A stretch of 41,824 nt of DNA. Origin: Chloroflexota bacterium. GTDB taxonomy: Bacteria > Chloroflexota > Anaerolineae > Anaerolineales > UBA4823. The stretch spans positions 1 to 41,824 of the forward strand of contig JAAZNS010000508.1 of the NCBI GenBank assembly GCA_012798185.1, given 5' to 3'. A model generated the notes under the pieces. The model was not told where the DNA came from and did not search any database. It worked only from the letters and a program-made list of their open reading frames with translations. Both the position numbers and the translations under genes were made by a program. Shown here in pieces: positions 23,290-31,627 of this stretch; the stretch's first letter is position 1; the number at the start of each line of letters is the position of its first letter.

Positions 23290-24305
23290 CGGATTATTTC
23301 AACGGCTTGCTTTAATAAACCATCTGGAACGTTCAACCCAAGAGTAATCGCGCGAACCAGGTTGATGCGTAAATAATCTTCGGGTGATAAAACGGGAATC
23401 TCGCTGGGAGGTGTTCCCTGAAGGATTTTATCTGCCAGGGTAGCAGCTTTTTTACCCACATCAATATAATCATTTCCAAGGTGAAAAACCGCTCCGTCTT
23501 TTATCTGTTCATAAATATTGGCTGAAACCGGCAGGTTGTGTTTTTCAGCAAAAACCTTGATGATGTCCCAGCTTTCTTGCGTTTGAAGAACTGGAGAGGG
23601 TGTGAGCAGAATGGCGTCGATGCCGATATCCGCTGATTTTTCCCGCTGCTCGAAATCTGCCTTGATCGTATCAGGACTGTCTACCAGAACTTCCACCAGG
23701 GTGATCTGCTTCGCCTGAGCAGCAAGTTTTAGTGCCTCCAGGGCATGAGGAAACGAGGGCTGACTGTTGTCATATCCTACCCATATTCTTTCGATGGTTG
23801 GATCAATTTCAATGAGGTATTCAAACCGTTTAACCATAAGCTGCTTGAGCGGATGCTGTACGCCGGTAATGTTTCCGCCTGGCTCTAGCAGGCTATTGAC
23901 AAAATCCTCATCGTCGATATTGGCGTAAGCAAAGATAACCGGCATATCGGACTTTTGTGTATTGTCTTTGGCAGTTTTTGCTGCGTCGTGGGGAAATGCA
24001 AAAATTAAATCGACTTTCTCTCCGATAAATCGTTCGATCATATGCTTCTCCCCATCTGGATCGATGTTTGTTTTTTGGATATCATAAAGAATGTTTTGAC
24101 CTTCTTTGTAACCCAATTCACTCATCTTTGCTTTAAAACCATCTATTGTGGATGCCAGTGAATCAATGCCGCATAATATGCCCACACGATAGATTTTTTT
24201 ATAAGGAGAAGCGCATCCTGACAGTGTTAAATAAAAGATGCAAAAGAGTGCAATGATTCTCCATTGCTGCCTTGCTGCTTTATTATTATTAAATTTATTT
24301 TTCAC
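23286..24305 (-). CDS. Lipoprotein, ABC-transporter substrate-binding-protein-like (ABC_sub_bind type) periplasmic/extracytoplasmic binding protein associated with the kinase
   Basis: GTG start. A lipobox is present (FYLTLSGCASP). The ~300-aa two-lobe SBP-like sequence includes YRVGIL...VDLIFAF...VIFA and is translationally coupled to the kinase. The family call is made from memory of the fold pattern and is moderately confident. Confidence 0.65.
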   Translation of the reverse strand: MKNKFNNNKAARQQWRIIALFCIFYLTLSGCASPYKKIYRVGILCGIDSLASTIDGFKAKMSELGYKEGQNILYDIQKTNIDPDGEKHMIERFIGEKVDLIFAFPHDAAKTAKDNTQKSDMPVIFAYANIDDEDFVNSLLEPGGNITGVQHPLKQLMVKRFEYLIEIDPTIERIWVGYDNSQPSFPHALEALKLAAQAKQITLVEVLVDSPDTIKADFEQREKSADIGIDAILLTPSPVLQTQESWDIIKVFAEKHNLPVSANIYEQIKDGAVFHLGNDYIDVGKKAATLADKILQGTPPSEIPVLSPEDYLRINLVRAITLGLNVPDGLLKQAVEIIR

Positions 24306-24363
24306 TGTTTTCCCTTTATCCTTGCCATTACCATACCGGGGGATACAATTTCTACATTACCAA

Positions 24364-24813
24364 TTAATTGGGTGGTTTATTTAACAACATCCAGTACATC
24401 CCCAAAGTGCTCATAGCTTCTGAAAAATGTTCGAAATCCACTGGTTTTACCACATAACTGTTAGCGCCTAAATCGTAGGCTGCTTTAATATCAGGGTCTT
24501 CTGCAGAAGACGTAACCACCACAACAGGGATAGTGCGCATTTGGGGATCGTTCTTCAGGATTTTGAGTACCTCCAATCCGCTAATTTTTGGCAGTTTTAA
24601 ATCAAGCAGGATGACTTTGGGGGTTTGTGTGGCATCCCGATCGGAAAATTTACCGCGGGCATATACAAAATCCAAAGCTTCAGCGCCGTCTTCAGCCACA
24701 AAAAGGCGGTTGGTGAGATTGCGTTTTTTAAACGCTCGAATTGTCAATTCGGCATCTTGAGGGTTATCTTCGACCAGCAAGATTTCCACTGCATCAGGGT
24801 TATTCATTCCCAT
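24364..24813 (-). CDS. Stand-alone CheY-like response-regulator receiver (149 aa)
   Basis: [13 protein letters not shown], the phospho-acceptor region [23 protein letters not shown] and ANSYVVKP are present. RBS AAAGGAAG lies upstream of ATG 24813. Confidence 0.85.
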   Translation of the reverse strand: MGMNNPDAVEILLVEDNPQDAELTIRAFKKRNLTNRLFVAEDGAEALDFVYARGKFSDRDATQTPKVILLDLKLPKISGLEVLKILKNDPQMRTIPVVVVTSSAEDPDIKAAYDLGANSYVVKPVDFEHFSEAMSTLGMYWMLLNKPPN

Positions 24814-25472
24814 CGTTAACTTCCTTTCCCGCTGATAATGTACTCAATCCTTACTTTTTTCAATGCCACAATGATTGTCCGACAATTCGGATATGGCGAT
24901 ATAGCCATACTTTTATGTCGTATCTAGTTGATGCGCTGGTAGCGATGGAAGCAGTTGATAAAAGCGCGATCTGTTTTGCGATGCTTTGTGTGGTTTCGAA
25001 TTAATTAAATAATCCACAAAATATAACAATACGCCTGAAGGAGCAACACCACAAATTTCACGATTGCGTGTGTAGGTTTTGGGGGGAAAAAGCCGTTCTC
25101 CACCTGGAAGCCGGCAAGTCAACATGGTTAGCAGGAAGGCTGCAAATAACGTGTTCAATTTGGGTTGTTTACCTATAATCAGCGCTCTGTTGAACTTCTA
25201 AAAGGCAAATATTAATAATAATATGACTCTTGGAGTCATTGTATAACAGAGGAGGCGAATTATAACAATAAATTTTGGATAAATTGTGCAGCTAAAACAA
25301 TCCAGGATGTATTAATTACAAAACTGTTAGTAATATAAATTCATTCATTAATATTATTCAACCAGTTTGGGTTAGTTCCCGAAAACCTCAAATTCAGGGC
25401 ATATCCAGCATAACTTGAGCAGCTAGCATGCATTTATTCACCAGGAAGGATGTATCAGGCAACCATCAGCCA

Positions 25473-26462
25473 TTAGAGTACTTTTAGAGCCCGCAGGGTC
25501 ACCCATTTATTTGGCTGTTTCTTTTCCCCAAATTCCAGCCAGGTCTTTCCGGTATAGTCGTATTCCAAAGCCCACCGGCTTAGCTTATCCTGCTTCCCAT
25601 TAATCAGTGCCAGGGCGTTTGCCAGGCGCGGATCTTTGCCAAAGCCTAAACCTACCAGCGTTTCTGCGATTTGAAGCAGGTCGGTGATATAAAAAATTGG
25701 AAAGCCAAACTTCCACCAGTTTTGACTGGGCTTGTCGCTATAGCCGCTTGGGTAGGCGCAGGTTGCTGGATCGACGCTAAAGAGAAAATCAACACCCATT
25801 TGGATGGCTTTTTCAATAAGAGGTGTGCGGTGTTCCACGGGCAGCCTGCCAAATGCCAGCATAACCTTAACCGCCCCCCAGGCGCAGGGTAATTTATTGT
25901 TTGCGCCACAGGCAAAGTTAGGTCCACATTTACCGGCATAATAGCGCAACGGAGCAAGTTTTTCTTCCAAAGGTGCCACACCCTCTCCGGTAACGCTGCG
26001 TGCCATCCACTCGAAAGCTGATTCCAGGCGCGGGTCAGAATAACCCAATTCGAGCAGCGCCCAGCACATGTTGCCCTGTAGGCAATCGACTGTGCCGGAG
26101 GGAGAACCAGAAATGGTGAATTGCCCGTTAGGAGTGAGGGCGTTATCTAAATATGCATGGCATGCTTTTTGTATACGTCCGTCCTCATCCGCCCGTGCGC
26201 CCAGCTGAGCCAGCAGGATCAGCGACCAAACAGTGGCGCGGTATTTTGGGTTATAACCCGGACCTGCCTTAACCCAAAAACCGGCTTCATCCATCGCATC
26301 CAAGATTATGGCGATAGGGCCTTCACGATGAGCGGTTTTCCGGGCTTCTGCCAGCTGAGGGTCATCAGGCGGCAGCCTGAGCAGATCACGCAGTGCCAGA
26401 TAGCGCACACCGGGGTCCGCGGGATCGAGCAGCCAATCGAGGCAGGTGTTTGAGGCAGCCAT
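25473..26462 (-). CDS. Conserved hypothetical protein, probably alpha/alpha-toroid (prenyltransferase/terpene-cyclase-like repeat) fold
   Basis: The ORF runs 329 aa from ATG 26462, with GGAGGA 7 nt upstream. Spaced Trp/Gly-rich helical-hairpin-like segments recur (WVKAGPGYNPKY..., CWALLELGY..., CAWGAVKVMLAF..., NWWKFGFPIFY...). The fold assignment is an inference. Confidence 0.5.
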   Translation of the reverse strand: MAASNTCLDWLLDPADPGVRYLALRDLLRLPPDDPQLAEARKTAHREGPIAIILDAMDEAGFWVKAGPGYNPKYRATVWSLILLAQLGARADEDGRIQKACHAYLDNALTPNGQFTISGSPSGTVDCLQGNMCWALLELGYSDPRLESAFEWMARSVTGEGVAPLEEKLAPLRYYAGKCGPNFACGANNKLPCAWGAVKVMLAFGRLPVEHRTPLIEKAIQMGVDFLFSVDPATCAYPSGYSDKPSQNWWKFGFPIFYITDLLQIAETLVGLGFGKDPRLANALALINGKQDKLSRWALEYDYTGKTWLEFGEKKQPNKWVTLRALKVL

Positions 26463-26688
26463 AGGGGTTTCCTCCGAGGAATACAAATAGCAATATGCTG
26501 TAAACGATATGCTTTAGGTTATAAGCGATCAGGGATAGATGATGAAGTCAATGCATTTTATCATTGATCCGCTTGCTGAGTTGGTGAGAAGTGATAATTA
26601 CTGAGTATGTTAGGAGTCGGACATCAATGCCGTGCACAGGTATCAGTATTGCTGCCTTTTCCTGCTCACTGCTCATGTTTTTCTATTC

Positions 26689-27426
26689 TTAGCTCTCGAT
26701 TCTGGTTTTTCCCCCATATACCCCTCTATATTCCTCCGGCAATTGACTGGCAATGATGCGCATAATTTGTTCCGTGCCTTTGCGCAGCGCCTCTCTGCGA
26801 TTGCTCATTTCTTCCAGATGAAAAGCCTTGCCCACCGTTAGCGTCACCGGAGTACGGTGCAGGCGTTTCAGGTTGCCGTAAATTCGGGTGTTTTCCGTGC
26901 CGGTAAAAGTGACCGGCAGGATGGGTACGCCGCTTTTCAACGCCAGGAAAGCTGCCCCCTCAGTGCCCTCTTCTAAGGAACCGGAGAGGCTTTCGCGCCC
27001 CTCAGGCGCAATGCCAAAAAAGCGCCCTTCGTTGAGCATTTGCAGTGCAATACGCAGGGCGCGCCGGTCGGGTGTGCCGCGGTGGATCCAAATAACGCCA
27101 TAGAGGCGCAAGATCCATCCTAGGAGGGGGTAATCGTATAACTCAGATTTTACGAATGCCTCGATACTCATGGGCAGTTTAGCCAGCACCACAACCGCAT
27201 CCGCATCACCCAGATGATTCACCACGATTAATGCTGGCCCTTTTGAGGGGATATTTTCCAACCCATTTACTTCCATCTTTAAACAAACCTCCACCATGAT
27301 TTTGGCGATGAATTTCAAACAGCCCCGCCCTAATTTCCGCCAAAATGTGTGGCGCGGTGCCTGGGTTATTTGCGGGCGGATGGTATCAGCAAGAGGCTTG
27401 GGAGGTAAGGAAGGGATGGTTGGCAT
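26689..27426 (-). CDS. Lysophospholipid (1-acyl-sn-glycerol-3-phosphate) acyltransferase family protein, paralog 2
   Basis: HX4D motif VVNHLGDADAVV and APEGRES motif are present. It overlaps the upstream paralog by 41 nt. Confidence 0.8.
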   Translation of the reverse strand: MPTIPSLPPKPLADTIRPQITQAPRHTFWRKLGRGCLKFIAKIMVEVCLKMEVNGLENIPSKGPALIVVNHLGDADAVVVLAKLPMSIEAFVKSELYDYPLLGWILRLYGVIWIHRGTPDRRALRIALQMLNEGRFFGIAPEGRESLSGSLEEGTEGAAFLALKSGVPILPVTFTGTENTRIYGNLKRLHRTPVTLTVGKAFHLEEMSNRREALRKGTEQIMRIIASQLPEEYRGVYGGKTRIES

Positions 27427-28087
27427 AGAATCCGCGGTATTCAGGGGGCAGTAAAGCCGCGATATGCGCCATCACCAGGTCGGCGTTTTGCTGGCGGGCA
27501 GCCTTGCGGTCGTTCCCCAGGCTTTCGATAGGCGGCAGGTAAAAAGGTTTTCCAATATGCATGGTAACCTGAGGCCTTTCGCCGCGTCTGGCGCGCTGCC
27601 AAAAATCATCGGTAGTGCCAACAATGCCCACCGGGATCACGGGCACGGGAAACTTTTCCACTAAATAAGCGATGCCAGGATGAGCCTGATTCATCCCAGG
27701 GCGATGAGAACGGCGTCCCTCGGGAGACATTAATACCGGACGCCCCGAATGCAGTGCACGTAATAATCTCTGCAGAGGCTGGCGGTCATATTCACCGCGG
27801 CGCACTGGAATGCCCCCATAAAGCTGCGCCAAAATATTTTGTCCGGGACGGTGCCACACTTCGATGGCGCCTAAAACCTCAGGCGCTGCCGGCCAGAATG
27901 CCACAGCCAGAGGAGGGTCGTACAAAGAGACGTGATTAATGGCAACTAAGTAAGGACCCTGGGCGGGGACATTCTCTTTTCCCGTGATGGTTACATGGCT
28001 GAGCAGGTGAAATAATACTCTAAAAGTAGGGCGTAAGGTCTTCCTTGCTGCTCTGGTACGGATGGGAACGGAATAGGTTGTTTCCAT
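27386..28087 (-). CDS. Lysophospholipid (1-acyl-sn-glycerol-3-phosphate) acyltransferase family protein, paralog 1
   Basis: HX4D motif AINHVSLYDPPL, SPEGRRS motif and VPVIPVGIVGT block are present. Confidence 0.8.
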   Translation of the reverse strand: METTYSVPIRTRAARKTLRPTFRVLFHLLSHVTITGKENVPAQGPYLVAINHVSLYDPPLAVAFWPAAPEVLGAIEVWHRPGQNILAQLYGGIPVRRGEYDRQPLQRLLRALHSGRPVLMSPEGRRSHRPGMNQAHPGIAYLVEKFPVPVIPVGIVGTTDDFWQRARRGERPQVTMHIGKPFYLPPIESLGNDRKAARQQNADLVMAHIAALLPPEYRGFYANHPFLTSQASC

Positions 28088-28099
28088 GGGCGTGGTTTC

Positions 28100-28783
28100 C
28101 TATTGAAATCGCTTCACCAAATTTTTTGCGGCTTCCAGCGTTTGGGAGGCATCCAGGTGGTCAGAATCCAGGATCGTTGCGTCGGGAGCAGGGCGTAATG
28201 GTGCTACCTGGCGTGTGGAATCAATACGGTCGCGCGCCATCAAATTTTCTCGGATGGCAGCCAGCGAAACCTGAACGCCGCGATCGCATAATTCCTTATA
28301 GCGGCGGCGGGCGCGTTCATCGACCGAGGCATTTAGGTAAATTTTAAGATCGGCTTCGGGTAAAACAACTGTGCCGATATCCCGACCAACCATGACGACC
28401 TTGCCGCGCAAACCAATCCGTCGCTGCTGGGCAGTGAGCGCTTGTCTTACTCCAGGATATGCCGATACCTGCGAGACTCCGCCATCCACTTCCGGGCGGC
28501 GGATATCCCAGGTGATGTCCTCTCCATCTGCTAAAACATCATAGGCGCGTCCGTCGTTTTGTGAGGGAGGGCAGACATCGATATCGATCGTTTCTGCCAG
28601 TTTGGTCACTTCCGTTTCGAATTCAAGCGGAATACCGGCACGCAATGCAGCCCAGGTGACTGCACGGTACATCACCCCGGTATCGAAATATAGATAACCC
28701 AGCCAATCGGCAAGGTTTTTACCCAGAGTGGATTTTCCTGAAGCGGCAGGACCATCAATGGTGATGATTTGCGGGAGGGTCAA
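28100..28783 (-). CDS. cmk: Cytidylate kinase
   Basis: P-loop IITIDGPAASGKSTLGK, then YFDTGVMYRAVTWAAL, VMVGRDIGTVVLPEADLKIYL and ERARRR are present. Confidence 0.9.
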   Translation of the reverse strand: MTLPQIITIDGPAASGKSTLGKNLADWLGYLYFDTGVMYRAVTWAALRAGIPLEFETEVTKLAETIDIDVCPPSQNDGRAYDVLADGEDITWDIRRPEVDGGVSQVSAYPGVRQALTAQQRRIGLRGKVVMVGRDIGTVVLPEADLKIYLNASVDERARRRYKELCDRGVQVSLAAIRENLMARDRIDSTRQVAPLRPAPDATILDSDHLDASQTLEAAKNLVKRFQ

Positions 28784-28854
28784 AGGCGCTCCTATGATTT
28801 TAAATTTACTATTTTGATGAACACCTTAGCCTGCCCCAGGTTGCGCCAATAACC

Positions 28855-30645
28855 TTATGGCGTAACCTGGCTGGTTTCCTCGATTTCCAGGTCACCGCCA
28901 GGGAAAAGGTCGGCTCTTGCCCATAATGTAACTTGAACGGATTCCTCAGGTGCATTACGAAATACCAGCCACGAAAGAGCCGGGAATGGCAGAGCGCCAT
29001 CCCAGGATGGATAAATCTGCCAGGAAAAATCTTGCCCGCGGTATGCTGCGCTTAAATTCAGGTCACCATCCAAAGGATAGGTGATAATGATCGAGGGCAA
29101 TTGCTCGGGCGGAAGGTGGCTGATATCGGCTACAGGTGTATCAATCGAAGCTGGTTTCACATTGCTGAAATCGCGTAAGATCCATAACATCGAAGGGGCA
29201 TCCACTGCAAGACGTATGTCGATCGTGTTACGGTGATTGGTGTGCCACAGTGAGAGATCGCTCAGAGCTGAAGTAAACAGATCGGCGTTGCCAGTCAGCG
29301 GTGCGGGATACCAAAGCTCCTGGCGCAGGTAACGTTTACCGCCGGCGGAATACTGAGAAACGCCCCAGGTGGCTGAGAGCATGTATAAGCTTAGAAAGAT
29401 GACACTTCCCCATACCAATCCAGCGCGGGATACTTTCCATCCCCACCCCGTTGAAAAAAGATAGGCTGCCAGCACCAATAGAGAGAGTGAGCCTATCAAT
29501 TGAGCCAGTTGAAGCCAATCCATGAAAACGCCGCCGGTGCTGGCAATGGCAGAAAACAAGAGCCAGGTGATGCAGAGAATAACGAAGGTCAAGGTAGCTT
29601 CGCCGAAAACGATTATTGGGCTTTCCACCGGGTTGAAGAGATAGCCTAGCTCCAACGCTGCCAGGGTCCATAAGGGGATCAATGTCCAAACCAGGTCACC
29701 CATACTGCGCCCAATATAAACAAAAGCGGTGAGCAGCGAGAGAATGGACCAAAGCGCCAATCCCTTCACCAACTGCGGATGAAGATGCGTCTGCGAGGGA
29801 TTGATCCAGATATGGGCAATGCCGATCAATCCAAAAATCACTGCCAGCGGCTGGTAAACCAATAAACCGGCAGCCAGCCGTAATGCAGGGACCCCCGATG
29901 GCGTTACCCATCCCTTGAAAAAATCTGAAATCGAAAGCAGCCAGGCGCCCAATCCATGAGGATAGCGTAGGAATAAACTAGCAACCAGGGCAATTGTGAT
30001 CGCCATTGATAGGATTCCCCGCAGCAAGCATGACTGCCGATCAGAGCGTTGTGTTTCCAAAAAATCTGCAATTGATTCATCGAAAAATGGAAGCTGTTTT
30101 CTCCAGCGCAAGATAAGCAGAGTGATGCTTAACGCTAATGCCCCAATCCAAAGCGATGATCCAGAAAGTAAAGCCAACCCGGCAAATATTCCAGTTAAGA
30201 CCGGACGACGGTTTATGGCAAAACCTATCGCTAATATAGCGCAGCTGGCTGCCAGCATTGATCCGCCTGCCAGGCGGGAAATTCCCACCAGTCCGGGATC
30301 AAGTGCCAGTGCAAAAACGAGTATTAATGTTGGCAGTTGTTTTAGGCGGGAGCGGAAAAGAAGCGGCGATAAAATCAAGCAGCTGCCTGCCAGGGCGGGG
30401 ACAAAACGCGCCAGGAAATTACTGCTGCCAAATATCCAGAAAAGAAAACCACTGAGCATGATGTACCCCGGCTGCGAGCCAATGGCGATATTCTCACCGC
30501 GGGCAATGCTTAATGCCTGCAGCGCCCACTTGGCTTCGTAATCGGAAAGCGGTGCATAGCCCAGGTTGATCAACCGTAAGCCCATCCCCAATAAGAATGC
30601 CAGGGCGATCAGAAGGTGTTCAGAGGTGAAGCGGAGAGGTTTCAT
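28855..30645 (-). CDS. Polytopic membrane protein, GT-C/PMT_2-like N-terminal region with a C-terminal extracytoplasmic domain (fourth gene of the giant membrane-protein cluster)
   Basis: 596 aa. There are about 12-14 hydrophobic segments over the first ~430 aa. The first loop reads LINLGYAPLSDYEAKWALQAL. A soluble ~150-aa tail follows. The family call is an inference from architecture and context. Confidence 0.6.
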   Translation of the reverse strand: MKPLRFTSEHLLIALAFLLGMGLRLINLGYAPLSDYEAKWALQALSIARGENIAIGSQPGYIMLSGFLFWIFGSSNFLARFVPALAGSCLILSPLLFRSRLKQLPTLILVFALALDPGLVGISRLAGGSMLAASCAILAIGFAINRRPVLTGIFAGLALLSGSSLWIGALALSITLLILRWRKQLPFFDESIADFLETQRSDRQSCLLRGILSMAITIALVASLFLRYPHGLGAWLLSISDFFKGWVTPSGVPALRLAAGLLVYQPLAVIFGLIGIAHIWINPSQTHLHPQLVKGLALWSILSLLTAFVYIGRSMGDLVWTLIPLWTLAALELGYLFNPVESPIIVFGEATLTFVILCITWLLFSAIASTGGVFMDWLQLAQLIGSLSLLVLAAYLFSTGWGWKVSRAGLVWGSVIFLSLYMLSATWGVSQYSAGGKRYLRQELWYPAPLTGNADLFTSALSDLSLWHTNHRNTIDIRLAVDAPSMLWILRDFSNVKPASIDTPVADISHLPPEQLPSIIITYPLDGDLNLSAAYRGQDFSWQIYPSWDGALPFPALSWLVFRNAPEESVQVTLWARADLFPGGDLEIEETSQVTP

Positions 30646-30700
30646 ATTCTGAAGTAATTTTGATGAAAAGCTTATCTATATTATACCAATCTAGAGATAT

Positions 30701-30998
30701 AAAACCGCGGAGACGCAGAGATCACGGAGCTAATTCTATTAAATACGTTGAATGAACTCCAAGCTTTTTGTAATGAAAAATCACATATTTCTGAAATGAT
30801 AAATAATAGAGTTCCTTTGCGCACTCTGTATCTCTGCGGTGATTATTTAAAAACCGCGGAGACGCAGAGATCGCTGAGCTAATTCTATAAAAACCGTTGA
30901 TTGAACTCCGAGCTTTTTATAATGAAAAATCACATATTTCTGAAATGATAAATAATAGATTTGCTCTGCGCACTCTGTTTCTCTGCGGTGATTATTTA
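30701..30998 (+). repeat. Two tandem 149-bp units, each bounded by the same imperfect inverted termini as the neighbouring GxxExxY element (gene-less derivatives)
   Basis: The CCGCGGAGACGCAGAGATC... motif recurs at 30705, 30854 and 31003, an exact period of 149. The units differ at roughly a dozen positions. Their interior aligns with the 5' flank of the GxxExxY gene (31520-31595). Confidence 0.85.
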
Positions 30999-31002
30999 AA
31001 AA

Positions 31003-31623
31003 CCGCGGAGACGCAGAGATCACGGAGTTTTTCTATTCTTTCAAGCCACAAACTAACCGTCTTATTCCCTGTTTCATAAGAGGAACATTGAAATTAAGGA
31101 GAAGTCCGATATGATAGTTGCTTAATTTTAAATAAGTTATCAATTGTGCTTCATGAATAGGAAGTATTTTTTCTACGGCTTTTATTTCCACAATGACCAT
31201 ATTATCAACTACAAGGTCAAGTCTGTATCCGCAATCAAGCTGGATTCCCTTGTAGATCAGGGGTAAAGGAATCTGACGTTTATAAGGAAGAGAATGTAAT
31301 TCCAATTCATAACACAGGCATTCTTCATAAGCAGATTCAAGCAATCCAGGGCCAAGGTTACGATGGACTTCGATCGTGGATTTTATGATTTCTTCAGTGA
31401 TCTTATTGATTTCCAATTTATTTTCCCTCACAAAAGATATGAGCAATAATTTTTACTCTCTGAATTATCTGCTGCATTTTATTTAACGCAGAGATGCCAA
31501 ATTCGCGGCGTTAATATAAATAAAATGCTTTGATTGAAGTCCGTACTATTTCTGTCATAAAAATGCGTGTATTAAAAATATAAGGATTTGAATTACTCCG
31601 CGTTCACTGCATCTCTGCGGTGA
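31003..31623 (-). mobile_element. Putative TIR-bounded GxxExxY gene cassette (about 620 bp)
   Basis: The left end is ACCGCGGAGACGCAGAGATCACGGAG (31002-31027). The reverse complement of the right end CTCCGCGTTCACTGCATCTCTGCGGT (31596-31621) matches it at about 21 of 26 positions. By eye the cassette is AT-rich relative to its flanks. It sits between two genes of an otherwise tight operon. Mobility is inferred, not demonstrated. Confidence 0.45.
31033..31446 (-). CDS. GxxExxY family protein (PD-(D/E)XK nuclease-like superfamily)
   Basis: The eponymous motif is GPGLLESAYEECL (G-LL-E-SA-Y). D...ExK-like RLDLVVDNMVIVEIKAV and the LLLNFN C-terminal block are present. Size is 137 aa. Confidence 0.85.
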   Translation of the reverse strand: MLISFVRENKLEINKITEEIIKSTIEVHRNLGPGLLESAYEECLCYELELHSLPYKRQIPLPLIYKGIQLDCGYRLDLVVDNMVIVEIKAVEKILPIHEAQLITYLKLSNYHIGLLLNFNVPLMKQGIRRLVCGLKE

Positions 31624-31627
31624 TTTT

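Noticed and set aside
24913-25158. 81-aa ORF in the AT-rich intergenic region
   Set aside because: It has no RBS and no family resemblance, its composition looks non-coding, and it could be chance given the region length.
30897-31079. 60-aa ORF spanning the second 149-bp unit and the GxxExxY gene end
   Set aside because: It lies entirely in tandem-repeat DNA and overlaps the 3' end of the GxxExxY gene on the opposite strand, with no coding signal.
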